Assembly: GCA_951406725.2 (NCBI GenBank)
Contig: OX597833.1
Coordinates: 45,942,001-46,006,000 of the forward strand
Length of the DNA: 64,000 nt
From: Octopus vulgaris
Taxonomy: Eukaryota
Direction: 5' to 3'
Positions 22,301 to 32,984 of this stretch are shown here, one piece after another; positions within the stretch are counted from its first letter, which is position 1, and every line of letters begins with the position of its first letter. Below the pieces are notes generated by a model, which worked only from the letters and a program-made list of their open reading frames with translations, ran no database searches and was not told the DNA's origin. Made by a program: the position numbers and the translations under genes.

Positions 22301-25300
22301 CATGGCCAGGATCCAATGACTGATCTCAGCCAATTATTTTTTCCTGTATGGTTGTCTTTTTATAATTTTTTAGCATTTAAACTGGCCATATCCAACCTAA
22401 ACAGTCTAACCATTTTAAGCTGAAAGCAGCCAGATCTAGCCTCTCCTACCTGCTCAACAATGTCATTTCTAAAATATACAATCACATCGTTGAAATCTCA
22501 AAGCTATGAGATAATGCAGGATTAATTCAAAACCATGTCAATAAACAAGCATTACATTTGACAGAGTAATCTGAATGCTAAAGGGTTAAAGTATCTCAGG
22601 TGGTGAGCTGGCAGAAACGTTAGCACGCCGGGCGAAATGCTTAGCAGTATTTCGTCTGCCGCTACGTTCTGAGTTCAAATTCCACTGAGGTCAACTTTGC
22701 CTTTCATCCTTTCGGGGTCGATTAAATTAAGTACCAGTTACACACTGCGGTCGATATCATCATCATCATTTAACGTTCGTTCTCCATGCTAGCATGGGTT
22801 GGACGGTTCGACCGGGGATCTGGGAAGCCAGAAGGCTGCACCAGGCTCCAGTCTTATCTGGCAATGTTTCTACAGCTGGATGCCCTTCCTAACGCCAACC
22901 ACTCCGTGAGTGTAGTGGGTACTTTTTACATGCCACCTGCACAGGTGCCAGGCGAGGCTGGCAACGGCCACGGTCGGATTGGTGTATTTTACGTGCCACC
23001 GGCACGGAAGCCAGTCGAAGCGGCGCTGGCATCGGCCACGAGTCGGATAGTGCTTTTTACGTACCACCAGACCAGGGATCCTGGCTGGTTCAAATCCGTT
23101 TGTCTGTCCAAGTTTGTCCCCTCTGTGTTTAGCCCCTTGTGGGTTAGTAATGAAATAGGTTAAAGTATCTCATGCTTTCAACTGATTCCTTGGTTAATGA
23201 AATCTCAAATATCTAAAACCAGACATGCTTATCAAAACAAAAGCAGATTAGAGCAGGCAAGAGATAAGAGCAATATAAGAAACTAGCAGTATCGCCCGGC
23301 GCTGCTTGGGTTTGTAAGGGAAATAACTATATAAGCATTTTTAGAGAGTTACTTCCCTTATAGATGCCAATTCGGGCTTTCTTAGCCATTTCTGTTTTGG
23401 TGTCTTCAAGCCATGAAGTCGTTGTTCTAAAAGAACGCTGGTCTCCTTGACGACGCTTTACGACGTTGATTTCCTTACACTCCCTTCCCCACAGCTTCAC
23501 GAGGGAGGGAAGAAGGGGGAAAAGCAAACAGGTGCAGGTGTGACCATGGACGCCAACTCCGCCGCCATCGACACACGAAAAATTATGCATTAAAATGGAA
23601 TAAAAAATGATGTTAAATTATTTTTAAAATCGTAGACTCATCGTAGACGCGCGCTAATACTCAGACGGGCTCGATATGAATCACGACTATAAGATACCTG
23701 AATTTGGTTAAACTGCACCGCAAAATGTGGGAGTAGTTAGGAATCTAAATCGAAGGGGACAGACACTCACACAACTACAGTTTTATATATATAGATTATC
23801 AAACTTCTTTAATGTATCTTTTTTTTTTTTTTAATTGTTGCTTTTATTTTTACAGGAAAATCTCATCTCGTTGATGCTTCTGCTTTTGATAATGCCACCC
23901 CATTATTAGTGGCCGCACAACAGGGCCATACCTCCTGTGTTGAGCTGTTGATATCTTATCATGCCAACCCTAACCTTTTCACTTCTGATCCTGAACCAGT
24001 GTGTCCTCTGCAGTCAGCCATTGTTTGTAACACTCTTGAGTAAGTTATACATATTATAATCATCATCATCAACATTGAATGTCTGTTTTCTCTGCTGGTA
24101 TGGGTTGGACGGCTTGACAAAAACTGACAAAGCCAAGGGTTGCATCAGGTTCCATAATCTGTTTTGGCTTAGTTTCTGCAGCTGGATGCTCTTCTTAATA
24201 CCAACCACTCCACAGAGTGCACTGAGTGCTTTTTTTCATGGCACCATTATCAGTGCTATTTATGAGGCATCAGCACCTACACCAATGCTTAGTGATTTGA
24301 CTGCAACCATCCTGGGGCATTTCTTCAACAGTTTTACTACAACCTGATGCCCTTCTTGTTACCAAACCCCTACTTGTTTATAAGCAAAGTAATGATCTCC
24401 CAGTCTATCAAACAACAAACAGCCCGGACATATTTTTTTTGGAGGACTGAAAACAAATGACGCTGTATGAATGAAACTTTTGTTTACAAAAATTGCTTGC
24501 ACAACATGTCAAGATATGTCAACGAGTCTATTTTGACATGTGGCATGATACCTAGAAACAGAATACTCATTTAAATAGTGTTGTTTGTTTCCATTTCTCC
24601 ACATAACCATGTCACGGTTGTTTGTTCAATAGACTGGGAGATTATTTATTACCTTACTTGGAAACAGGTGAAGATCGGCATGAGAAATGGCATCTGGCTA
24701 TAGAAGACTCTGCCCCAGTTTACTCTTGTCTAAAATATGCAAGTATTGAAAAGTAGATGTTAAAACAATGATGGTGCTCTTTTTGTTGCTAACCTTTATT
24801 TGTTTTTCAAGGGATTTGTTGACAAACAATTGTCAACATAAACATCTCTATTTTTGCTTAAGTAATTTCATGATCTGAGAATTCAAAGATTCACACATAA
24901 GGGGTTTCAATAGCTTCTTTTAACCAAATTCATTCCTAATTGGTTGGCCTGTGGTTATAGTAAAAGAAAATCCTTGCTCAAAGTGCCATACATTTGGATT
25001 GAGCCCCAAAACCACATGCTTGAAAAGCAAACTTCTTAACCACACAACAGTATATATATATATTTTAAAATAGGATAAAATCTTTATAAGAATTTAATAA
25101 GTAGTTAGCACAAAAAACCTCATAAGAGAAAAAAATCCACCAATTTTTTCACTTAAATTATATTTATTTATTTATATATAGAGGGCATTACTATACATAA
25201 ATGCCACACACTAAGAGGGACTCTTAAAGTCAAAACTTTAAGAGTCCCTCTTAGCATGTGGCATTTATGTATAGTAATGCCCTCTATTTAATATAAACAC

Positions 25301-26243
25301 GCACACACACACACACGGGGTGGCGTCATTCGAAGGCCAAATCAATGCGAACGCATTGTGACCAGCGATGTGTAACTACATCTGATGGACTGGTCGGTCA
25401 CATGATCACGTGATATGCATACATATAGGACCCACAGCTGTTTAACTGTCTGCCGAAGCATCTGTGGAACCTCCATGGAGTGGATGTAGACATTTTCAAA
25501 TGTGAACTTGACCTCTGGCTCGCCGAGATCCCGGATGAGCCAATATCTAAGCAAGAAGCTCAAAAGAGGGCAGTAGCATCGAACTCCATCCTTTCACCAA
25601 GAGCCACTCCGACAAAGGTGGAAAGTGGAAAGATGATTACAAAGGCGGTGCTCCAGCATGGCCACAGTCATTGGACTTAAACCTATAAGAGAATATATAT
25701 ATATGTACACACACACACACACACACATATATCAAGCATGTGAGAGGGTAGAGGAAAAAGAATTAATGCTACAAATAACACTGCACTAGACAGCTGAGAT
25801 TTTTGTGAAAGTTTGTTCATTGAATAGAAGGTTTAAGTAGCTGTAACAGCACTTAAAACAATAGCTGACTACATGCTTAACCCTTTAGCATTCAGATTAT
25901 TCTGTCTAATGTAATGTTTATATGCACACATCATCATCATCATCATCATCGTTTAACGTCCGCTTTCCATGCTAGCATGGGTTGGACGGTTCAACTGGGG
26001 TCTAGGAAGCCCGAAGGCTGCACCAGCCCAGTCAGATCTGGCGGTGTTTCTACAGCTGGATGCCCTTCCTAATGCCAACCACTCTGTGAGTGTAGTGGGT
26101 GCTTTTTATGTGCCACCGACACAGGTGCCAGACGAGGCTGGCGAACGGCCACGCTCAGATGGTGCTTTTTACGTGCCAAAGGCCAGTCCGGGCGGCGCTG
26201 GCGACAGCCACGATCGGATGGTGGTGGCATGTAACAATATTTA

Positions 26244-26277
<34 letters not shown>

Positions 26278-29200
26278 TATTAAAGTAATAAAGTTAATGT
26301 CTGGTCACACATGGCTCTAGTAAAACAGGAATGGATGGCTGAAAAATTTCATGATCACATAACCCATAACATTTGGCCTCCTAATTCCCCAAATCTCAAT
26401 CCATTGGACATGTGGAGTGTTGTTGAGAAAGAGGTCAATGAACACACCCATAACACCAAAGATTCTTTGAAAGCTGTCACAGTCAGAGTAATGTCCAGAA
26501 TGAACCAGGACCACTTGATTCAAGCATGTAGATGATTTAGATCTCATATAGAAGCAGTTATTGAAAGGGTGTACAAATAGGTTATGTAGAGCCTGAACAT
26601 TGAAGTGTGATTTTGTGCCATTCCCTAAAAGTATAATATTTCACATCAACTTGGACAGGGGAGTTTTTTTAACTGAAATATTATTTTGTGAATGGATGAT
26701 CTGTTTACAATAAATTGTTCATTGAAAAAATATTGCACTGAAAAGCTTACAACTATTTTATTCAAAATATTATCTACTCAACCCTTTTGTTACCAACCCA
26801 GCCAACTCTGGTTCAGTAGTACAAATGTCTTGTTTTCATAAGTTTTGAATTCAAATCTTCCACCAAATCTTAGTTAAAATTTATGTTCCTAATACAAGCT
26901 GAATGATAACAAAGTTAGTTTACTAAATTCTTTGTTATATTTAAAGTAATTGAAAGAAACACAGAGCATCTCAAAATATATACAGTAATGAAAGGGTTAA
27001 ATACATATATTTCTTTCCTTTTGCTAGATGTGTGAAGCTGCTGTACAAAGTAACTAAGATTGAAGAAATCCACAAGAAATGCTTCTCTGAATGGTTCCCC
27101 CTACCCCTGTCTCTGGATTTTTCTCACCAGAGCATCTTACAGTTTCTATTGTTGGATGATGTTTCTACTGATATCACGGTTACATACCAACTTTCGTCTG
27201 GTCGTGTCTACCCACGAACTGTGCCACTGCTCAGCTATGCAGTTCTAGAATGTTCTGATGTGCAGTGCATTGAAATCCTGCTACAATACGGCTTTCCAGT
27301 GAATGACCCTCGTGAAAACCTGATGCCACCGATAATGGCAGCCTTTGAAACGATGAGAGAAGAATGTTTGAAACTATTTTGGAAGTACGGTGCCAAATCG
27401 AACATCTATCATCCAAATGTCTTCGGAAACTTCACAGTCCTCTATGCAATACACAATGATCTCATGACTCAAAGCGTTCACACATCTACATTCATTGGCA
27501 AGTTCCTGCTTTTACTGCTGAGGCAGAAGGTTGAAGTTAGATCTTGTCTGGTATTTCAGAGACAGCCATCAGCAGAGTCTCTCACTGTACAAAGTATTGC
27601 ATCCCTCCTCTGCTTCCATCGTCTTCACTTCATGCATTTTGACATCATATTCAATTTGTTGATTTTCAAAAGTGGTGCCCTAACGAATCTCAACGAATCA
27701 TTTGCTACATACTTCGAAGATACTGAGTGGCAATCAGTCAAACAGACTTGCAGTAAGTATTTTTACTTTAATCAAAAATATACTCTCTCTCTCTCTCTCT
27801 CTCACAATCCTTCTTTCTCATACCTCTCTCTCTCTTTCTATCTCTCATACACAATCTCCTTTTGTCTCTGAAAAACAACACATTAGTGTAGAAATATGAC
27901 AACAAAATAATCACCGGCATGGCTGTGTGGTTAGGGAGCTTGCTTCCTAGCTACATGGTTTCGGGTTCAGTCCCACTGCGTGGCACTTTGGGTAGGTGTC
28001 TTCCGCTATAGCCCCGAGCCGACCGAAGCTTTGTGATTGAATTCGGCAGGCGGAAGTTACTGCCGTGTGTGTATATGTGCGTGTAGGTGCTTGTGCCTCT
28101 CCGAAAGAGAGAGAGGTAGGCACAGGAGAAAATTGTTTTCTGGTCTCCAGTTTTATAATGTTTATTGTTATATCTTAATGTTTTGTATACTTGTATGAAG
28201 GTTCTTGTAGGAAGTAGAGGCTATGATAGTTACAACCTCATGATTGGAGTGTTAAATGATCTTCCAAGAGCCATCTGCAAATCATCTCCTGAAAAATTCT
28301 TCCTATAACCACTTCATCTCTCGCCTAAATAGTGTTACTAACTATCTTACCATCCTCAGTCAAGCTGACAGGAGTTTTAAAACAAGCAGTTGACCAGCAA
28401 AGGAAGTCAGTAAACCAGGTTTACTCACGTTACTGTAGAAAACTATAGGAAACGAAAAACTCTGAATGTCATTTATGATTTTAGGTTACCAATCCATTGG
28501 TTTTGAGCTAAAATCCACTACATACCTTTAGCAGTGGACAAAGTGCTTTGCAATAGTCACTTCTCTTTACATTTGATACAGACTGCTTTCCATACTTCAG
28601 AAATGGATAAAGTCAAGTACTGAGTCTAGTTTAATGTACTGTAATACTTCTTGGCCAAAGTTTATAGGTCTATGCCAAGATTAGAAACTATGATTATTAT
28701 TAATACATTACGTAAGTAGTTTACAGTTCTGGAGCTAATTAAAAAAACTTTTTTTTGTTTTTCTTGTGAGTTAACCCTTTAGCATTTCATCCAGCCATTT
28801 CCAGCCAAAATATTCTGTTTTATCTTCAGATCTGGTCTCTCATAACCTACCGTACAATGTCATGCTAAAAATTAATAATCACACCATCGAATCTCGAAGC
28901 TGCAAGATAGTGCATGATAAATTCAAAGCAATGCAAATAAATAAGCATTACATTTGACAAAGCAATCTGAATGCTAACGAGTTAAATGTCATAACCACTG
29001 ATATTTGATGCTGATAGGGCAGAGTATGAGTCGCCTACCTTTCCTCTGGATCGTCATTGACTCTTCCAGTCAACCATTTGTATTCTCAGTCCATTTCATA
29101 GTTTTCCACATCATTTCCTTTCATTAACTTTTACTCACAAGTCTTTGGTCAACCCAAGGCTATGGTAGAAGATATTTATACAAGATGGTCATGTGGTGAG

Positions 29201-30324
29201 AATGGATGAAGGTAATTGTGTGAAAAAGTTCCACACCCGAGCGGTTGAGGGAACCTGTGGAAGAGGCAGACCCAAGAAAACCTGGGACGAGGTGGTGAAG
29301 CATGACCTTCGAACTTTAGGTCTCACTGAGGAAATGACTAGAGATCGAGACCTTTGGAAGTATGCTGTGTGTGAGAAGACCCGGCAGGACAAGTGAGACT
29401 ATAACCCATGGCCTCTACCTGGGGTGTAGCCAGTCCACTTATGCATACCTTTCCTTCTTGGGACACAAAACTCTACATGTGAAGACCTATTGAGGTAAGG
29501 GAAAATCAAAATCGAAATCGATCAACATCAATGGAAATTGCAGCTGTGATACCAGTGCCGGTGGTACGTAAGAAAACCATCCGAATGTGGCCGTTGCCAG
29601 CGCCGCCCCAACTGGCCTCGTGCCAGTGGCACGTAAAAACCACCATCCAATTGTGGCCATTGCCAACCTTGCCTGGCCCCCATGCCGGTGGCACGTAAAA
29701 AGCACCATCCGATCATGGCCGTTTGCCAGCCTCGTCTGGCACGTAAGAGCACCCACTACACTCATGGAGTGGTTGGCGTTAGGAAGGGCATCCAGCCGTA
29801 GAAACATTGCCAGATCAGACTGGGCCTGGTACAGCCTTCTGGCTTCCCAGACCCCAGTTGAACCGTCCAACCCATGCTAGCATAGAAAGCAGATGCTAAA
29901 CGATGATGATGATGATGATGATGATGTGCAGTGCTGTGGAATTGAACTTGGGATCATGTGGTTATAAGGCAAACTTCTTAATCATACAATGATGTCTATG
30001 ACCACTCTACATCAAGTAAATTATGAGATTATATTTGTTATTGAAATTTTCTCTTTTTATCCCATTTTTTTATTTTTCTCAATCCCTTTACATTTTTGTT
30101 AACTTTAATATTTCTTTTTTTTTTTTTTCTTTTTCACAGAAAACTGCAACACCTTATCACATTTAAGTCGATTAAAACTGATCCACGTTCTAAGAAATCA
30201 GAATACATACAACAAAGACTTCATCAATAGCATGGCTCTTCCATCAGCTGTACAAGATATGTTACTTCTTGAAGATACTGGCAAATTGCAGAGCTACCTA
30301 ACAGATATCTTTGATTTGAAATAG
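3285..30324 (+). CDS. ASB3: Ankyrin repeat and SOCS box protein 3-like, full gene span; join(3285..3381,5081..5179,12195..12347,17594..17851,23856..24039,27028..27752,30140..30324), 566 aa
   Basis: N-terminus MDFSEAYADTCSTIGAAAR matches ASB3 MDFTEAYADTCSTVGLAAR. Seven exons with GT-AG sites join in frame (97+99+153+258+184+725+185=1701 nt). Ankyrin repeats are followed by a C-terminal SOCS box. Confidence 0.92.
3983..4895. mobile_element. Non-autonomous TIR DNA transposon (pogo/Fot1-like architecture) in ASB3 intron 1
   Basis: TIRs ggtggggcaaaatgag / ctcattttgccccacc, with internal copies of the TIR motif at ~4190 and ~4516. Confidence 0.55.
5081..5179 (+). CDS. ASB3: ASB3-like exon 2 (33 codons, one ankyrin-repeat length)
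   Basis: Acceptor ttaaccag|; [33 protein letters not shown] matches ASB3 GRSVDVADNRGWMPIHEAA; donor gtgagt. Not in the ORF track. Confidence 0.93.
5500..5800 (+). mobile_element. RTE 3' UTR-derived repeat
   Basis: Same tandem unit, core and GAT tail as 29560-29925. Confidence 0.8.
5960..6200 (+). pseudogene. Decayed RTE-clade LINE ORF2 C-terminal fragment
   Basis: PRGRPRTR...LSWSHLGIQLESLMTAASDSNLWRRCLRSL resembles RTE/Expander C-termini. Confidence 0.5.
6870..7200 (+). mobile_element. RTE 3' UTR-derived repeat
   Basis: Same unit, core and (GAT)n tail. Confidence 0.8.
7621..8080 (-). mobile_element. tRNA-derived SINE family A (internal TA/TG microsatellite)
   Basis: Reverse complement of head ggctgtgtggtaag...ggttcagtcccac...ccttgggcaagtgtctt and tail ctccagcatggcc...tgaaacaagtaa. 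Confidence 0.8.
8730..9290 (+). mobile_element. SINE family A with duplicated 3' half
   Basis: Tail segment occurs twice (~8985-9105 and ~9145-9290). Confidence 0.8.
9632..9865 (+). mobile_element. tRNA-derived SINE family B with Meta-like central domain
   Basis: ggcagcgagctggcagaatcgttagc head, B-box gagttcaaatt, gcctttcatcctttcggggtcgataaattaagtaccag core (MetaSINE-like). Further copies at 15770-15995, 62905-63130 and 56984-57110. Confidence 0.8.
9880..10430 (+). mobile_element. SINE family A plus partial second tail
   Basis: Matches the family A head and tail. Confidence 0.8.
11024..11058 (-). ncRNA. Minimal type I hammerhead ribozyme motif with intact core
   Basis: Minus strand reads GUUU CUGACGA A GAGC UCU GCUC GAAAC GUU AAAC. 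Stem I GUUU/AAAC, stem II GAGC/GCUC, self-complementary AACGUU in place of stem III. Confidence 0.75.
11133..11441 (-). mobile_element. tRNA-derived SINE family C
   Basis: Reverse complement of the 63639-63923 element (gcgcaatggcccagtggttaggg head, tttcgattccc B-box). Confidence 0.8.
11745..12065 (+). mobile_element. RTE 3' UTR-derived repeat
   Basis: Three tandem units, core, (GAT)n tail. Confidence 0.8.
12195..12347 (+). CDS. ASB3: ASB3-like exon 3
   Basis: Polypyrimidine tract + ttag|; GKVDVNVQSFAGETPLLLAARKGHYQCVSALLHCGADPNLTTPEGLSPLWE; donor gtaagt. Confidence 0.92.
13107..14742 (-). mobile_element. Composite Helitron carrying a PIF1-like helicase fragment
   Basis: Minus strand: A|TC 5' end at 14742; 3' hairpin cccg-agcaacgc-cggg then CTAG|T at 13107; internal helicase peptide. 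Confidence 0.85.
13200..13720 (-). pseudogene. Helitron RepHel PIF1-like helicase fragment
   Basis: KAILAPRNKTVYHIN...YPIEVLNS...GLPPHFLKLKVGAPIMLIRNL..CNGSRLIV is typical of Helitron helicases; truncated at both ends. Confidence 0.85.
14900..15255 (+). mobile_element. SINE family A
   Basis: ggcgtaggagtggctgtgtggtaag head through tgaaacaagtaaaagagta tail. Confidence 0.85.
16216..16510 (+). mobile_element. Fourth SINE-like family; inverted partial copy at 9508-9631
   Basis: B-box-like gaattcaattcc and gtccttgaacaagacactt core; both copies begin at gttatttataccagaaggctac. Confidence 0.55.
17188..17490 (+). mobile_element. SINE family A (3'-truncated); another partial copy at 16704-16865
   Basis: Family A head and body. 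Confidence 0.75.
17594..17851 (+). CDS. ASB3: ASB3-like exon 4
   Basis: Acceptor tttcaag|; AVTARSFPCVNLLVDKGADIE...TSLHQAV...TPLFMAAQRGNYECLKLLLEKSVEE; donor gtttga. Confidence 0.88.
17925..18231 (+). mobile_element. Non-autonomous Helitron
   Basis: A|TCtttatatataa ... cccgagcaacgctggg hairpin ... CTAG|T; shares body with 13735-13950. Confidence 0.85.
19178..19296 (-). mobile_element. 5'-truncated copy of the hammerhead-bearing element seen at 178-660
   Basis: Minus strand CUGAUGAAGGCUG...CAGCCGAAACAUUGUGUU; same terminal sequence as 635-660. Confidence 0.65.
19480..19905 (+). mobile_element. RTE 3' UTR-derived repeat
   Basis: Tandem units, core, GAT/GAG tail. Confidence 0.8.
20045..20520 (-). 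mobile_element. RTE 3' UTR-derived repeat
   Basis: (CAT)n then reverse-complement core and tandem units. Confidence 0.8.
21625..22005 (-). mobile_element. SINE family A, near full length
   Basis: Reverse complement of the family consensus. Confidence 0.85.
22758..23080 (-). mobile_element. RTE 3' UTR-derived repeat inserted into a Meta-type SINE (22599-23160)
   Basis: SINE sequence is interrupted at gtcgat and resumes at aatccgtttgtctgtcc. Confidence 0.75.
23283..23795 (-). mobile_element. Non-autonomous Helitron with a different internal segment
   Basis: Same TC and CTAG termini and hairpin; unique ~220-bp interior (~23360-23580). Confidence 0.85.
23856..24039 (+). CDS. ASB3: ASB3-like exon 5
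   Basis: Acceptor ttttacag|; GKSHLVDASAFDNATPLLVAAQQGHTSCVELLISYHANPNL matches ASB3 [24 protein letters not shown]; donor gtaagt, phase 2. Confidence 0.92.
25179..25286. repeat. Near-perfect ~52-bp-arm hairpin in ASB3 intron 5
   Basis: tagagggcattactatacataaatgccaca..ctaagagggactcttaaagt, caaa loop, then its reverse complement. Confidence 0.9.
25420..25685 (+). pseudogene. CR1/L2-group LINE 3' fragment
   Basis: GPQLFNCLPKHL...VDIFKCELDLWLAEIPDEP...SNSIL; ends aaaggcggtgctccagcatggccacagtca. Confidence 0.7.
25930..26225 (-). mobile_element. RTE 3' UTR-derived repeat
   Basis: (CAT)n, core and units in reverse orientation. Confidence 0.8.
26290..26570 (+). pseudogene. Tc1/mariner-superfamily transposase C-terminal fragment
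   Basis: WPPNSPNLNPLDMWSVVE resembles the WPPxSPDLNPxD motif. Confidence 0.7.
27028..27752 (+). CDS. ASB3: ASB3-like exon 6
   Basis: Acceptor ttgctag|; long open frame ECVKLLYKVT...CIEILLQYGFPVN...QTC; donor gtaagt, phase 1. Confidence 0.9.
28771..28985. mobile_element. piggyBac-like MITE; related copy at ~22365-22589, and another TTAA/CCC-ended element at 26779-27000
   Basis: ttaaccctttagcatt ... aatgcta(aagg)gttaa; TTAA ends with CCC/GGG termini. Confidence 0.65.
29188..29925 (+). mobile_element. 5'-truncated RTE LINE: ORF2 C-terminus, 3' UTR tandem units and (GAT)n tail
   Basis: HVVRMDEGNCVKK...EGTCGRGRPKKTWDEVVKHDLRTLGL...DRDLW, stop at 29396; then repeats of gtgccggtggcacgtaaaaagcacc, ggttggcgttaggaagggcatccagcc and aaacgatgatgatg. 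Confidence 0.85.
30140..30324 (+). CDS. ASB3: ASB3-like exon 7 (SOCS box, stop codon)
   Basis: Long polypyrimidine tract + cacag|; KNCNTLSHLSRLKLIHVLR...MALPSAVQDMLLLED is SOCS-box-like (SLxHLCRxxI...LPLPxxLxxYL); TAG at 30322-30324. Confidence 0.9.
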
Positions 30325-30968
30325 CGCAATATTATTCATAATTGTCCAGTTTCTTTGTTTTTCTTGTTATTATTATTAAGTTTAAGGTGGCAAGTTGGTA
30401 AAAAGCAAAAGTAATGTTCAAAATACAAAGATTGCCACATTGGTGTGTCTACTTCTGTGTATTGCAATATTGCAATTATTCAAATTTCAGAATATATCCA
30501 TCTGGATATATTTTGAACATATAAATTATCATACATACATCTTCAAATTCTCATGTAGGGCAGATGGTTTCCCTTCTCAAACTGGCCATCACACTGCTTT
30601 GGCTCTGTCTTTCTGTCCACTTCCTCAGCCCATATTCAATGTGTTTACACGAAAAAGATTTGATTCTACTTTGCAACATCTTGAGCAAGTATATTCTATT
30701 TCTACCAAAGCTTTGGGCTGAACAATATACATTGTAATGTGGAATTTTGTAGAGGGGGAACGACATGGTTACCACACACTCAATAATTTATTTTTACCAG
30801 CTACTTAATGTAGCAAAGTTTTCTTCTGTCAATGTTGTTTACAGTTATGCAAACTCAACCAACAAGTAAATTCATTTAAGTGTTTTTGCTGTCAACACAT
30901 ATGCCAGGAAGGAGATACAAAACCATTCTCATAGTAGCCCAGCACTTTGGAGTCACTCTTATCCAGAA

Positions 30969-31009
<41 letters not shown>

Positions 31010-31133
31010 TTAAAATAATAAGGGTGAAAAATTGAATATTAATTTGATTAATATCAATTTAAAACCAGTGGTAAGACCTTAGCGGATCTTCTTCTAGCAT
31101 AATGGATGTCCACTTACAGGTCATCCCTCGTAT

Positions 31134-31164
<31 letters not shown>

Positions 31165-32061
31165 GTTTAAGATCCACTAGAGGTAGAATCAACAAAAAAA
31201 TACTCCATCCAGTGATAGATAAATTTCAATTTAAATACACAACTGAAAGAGCTACTAATGGTTTTATACTTGAACAGGCATCTTTATAAAATATGTCATG
31301 TACCTTAATGCAATATTTCAGCCTCTGTTTAATGTACACGGCATATTTTATAAATATGCATGTTGAAATATCATACAAACATTAAACTGTTAGTAGCTCT
31401 TTTGGTTGTGAGTGTGTGTATATATATATATATGTATATAATGTCCTTAGAGTAGCTGGAATATATTTCAATCACTTTGAACCCAATACACTGAAACACT
31501 ATAGGTATTCATTTTCATTCCATTTATGTTTGTTGTAAATATGGCCATCCTGGAGCACCAGTCGTGGGTTACGTATGTCACTCATTTTCACTGTGGTGGC
31601 CACTGACTGGGATTTCTTATCAATTTGTTTGCCTTTGTCATAGGTTTCAAAATGAACTGCTTTTCAAATATAATCACATTTTCTGCACTTCAGTCAGAGA
31701 AAGAGAATCCTCCCAGCAGCAAAAGACTTATCCCTTTGAGAAAAGGGCAAGTTATATAAAGTATGTGTATCAGACTTTCTTCAGCTGGATGTCCTTCCTG
31801 TTGCCAACCCTTACATGTTTCCATGTAAGGTAATAGTTCCCCCATAGGCAAACATGTCACTATAGAATAATGGAAATGAATGACACTGTTTGTATCACAG
31901 TGATGCTCATTTACAGCGACCAAATGGTGTCAAGACAACGAGACACAAACATAAACAAGCACTCACAGGCTGTATTATCGCTTGGCAGCAAAACCTGGTC
32001 TGAGAATGTAGAGAAGGTGTGAAGGCTGGAAAGAAATGATGCCAGTATACTCTGCTGGATA

Positions 32062-32944
32062 TATGAGGAGGTACCCAAAAGTAACCAGAAACGTTCTACG
32101 TAGGACAAACCCACAGTTGTTCAGTATTCCACTGCTAGAAGTCACTTGATGCGACCCTCAGGCATCATCAGTCTGCCGACTGGCATCGTCAGGTGTAGTC
32201 CTACTGCCACGTGGTGCGTCTTTGTTTTGCAGTGCTCTCCCCATTTCATCGATTTTTGCTATGGCTGAAACGAAAGAATCGCATGTTTCCGTGAAATTCT
32301 GTTTTCTGCTGGGGTAAACGGTGACCAAAACAGTTGTCATGCTTCAAGCAGCTTACAAGGATGCTGCCTTGAGCAAAACACAAGTTTATAAGTGGTTTCC
32401 ATGCTTTAGAAACGGTCACTTGTCACTTGAAGACCAACCTTGTTCAGGACGACCATCAACCTCCTGAACGAATGAAAACATTATGTAAATTCACGAGCTG
32501 ATTTTGGAGGACTGTCACCAAACAATTGATGCACTTGTTGATATGACTGGTGTGTCCTGGAGCTCCTGCCAACAAATTTTGAGCGAGGAATTGCAAATGA
32601 AAAAAGTTGCAGCAAAATTTGTACCTTGCTTGCTCACAGAAGATGAAAAGCTGTCATAACTGAATGCATGTTGTGAACTGAGAGAACAGTTGGAAGTTGA
32701 CCTTTTTTCGAAGGTCATCACTGGTACTACGGAATTTGCAGATGTGAAGAAAAAAACAACAAAGGTGCTAAAAGGCATTATTTCACAAGAGTTCCAGTAC
32801 TGCTTTGAACAATGGAAAACCCATCTGCACAAATGCATTACTTCAAATGGAGAATACTTTGGAGGTGATATAAGTGTAATCATGTAAAACTAAGTGAATA
32901 GATAATATTGCAAAATCCCAGTTTCTTTTGGGTAATCCTAAGTA
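32062..32944 (+). mobile_element. Internally deleted mariner element
   Basis: TIR-like gaggaggtacccaaaagtaaccag / cagtttcttttgggtaatcct; decayed ORF from 32261: VKFCFLLG...QVYKWF...SGRPSTS...KFVPCLLT, and C-terminus CITSNGEYFGG. Confidence 0.8.
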
Positions 32945-32984
32945 GAAGGTTACTCTGTATGGACAAACGACAGGGTACAAAATG

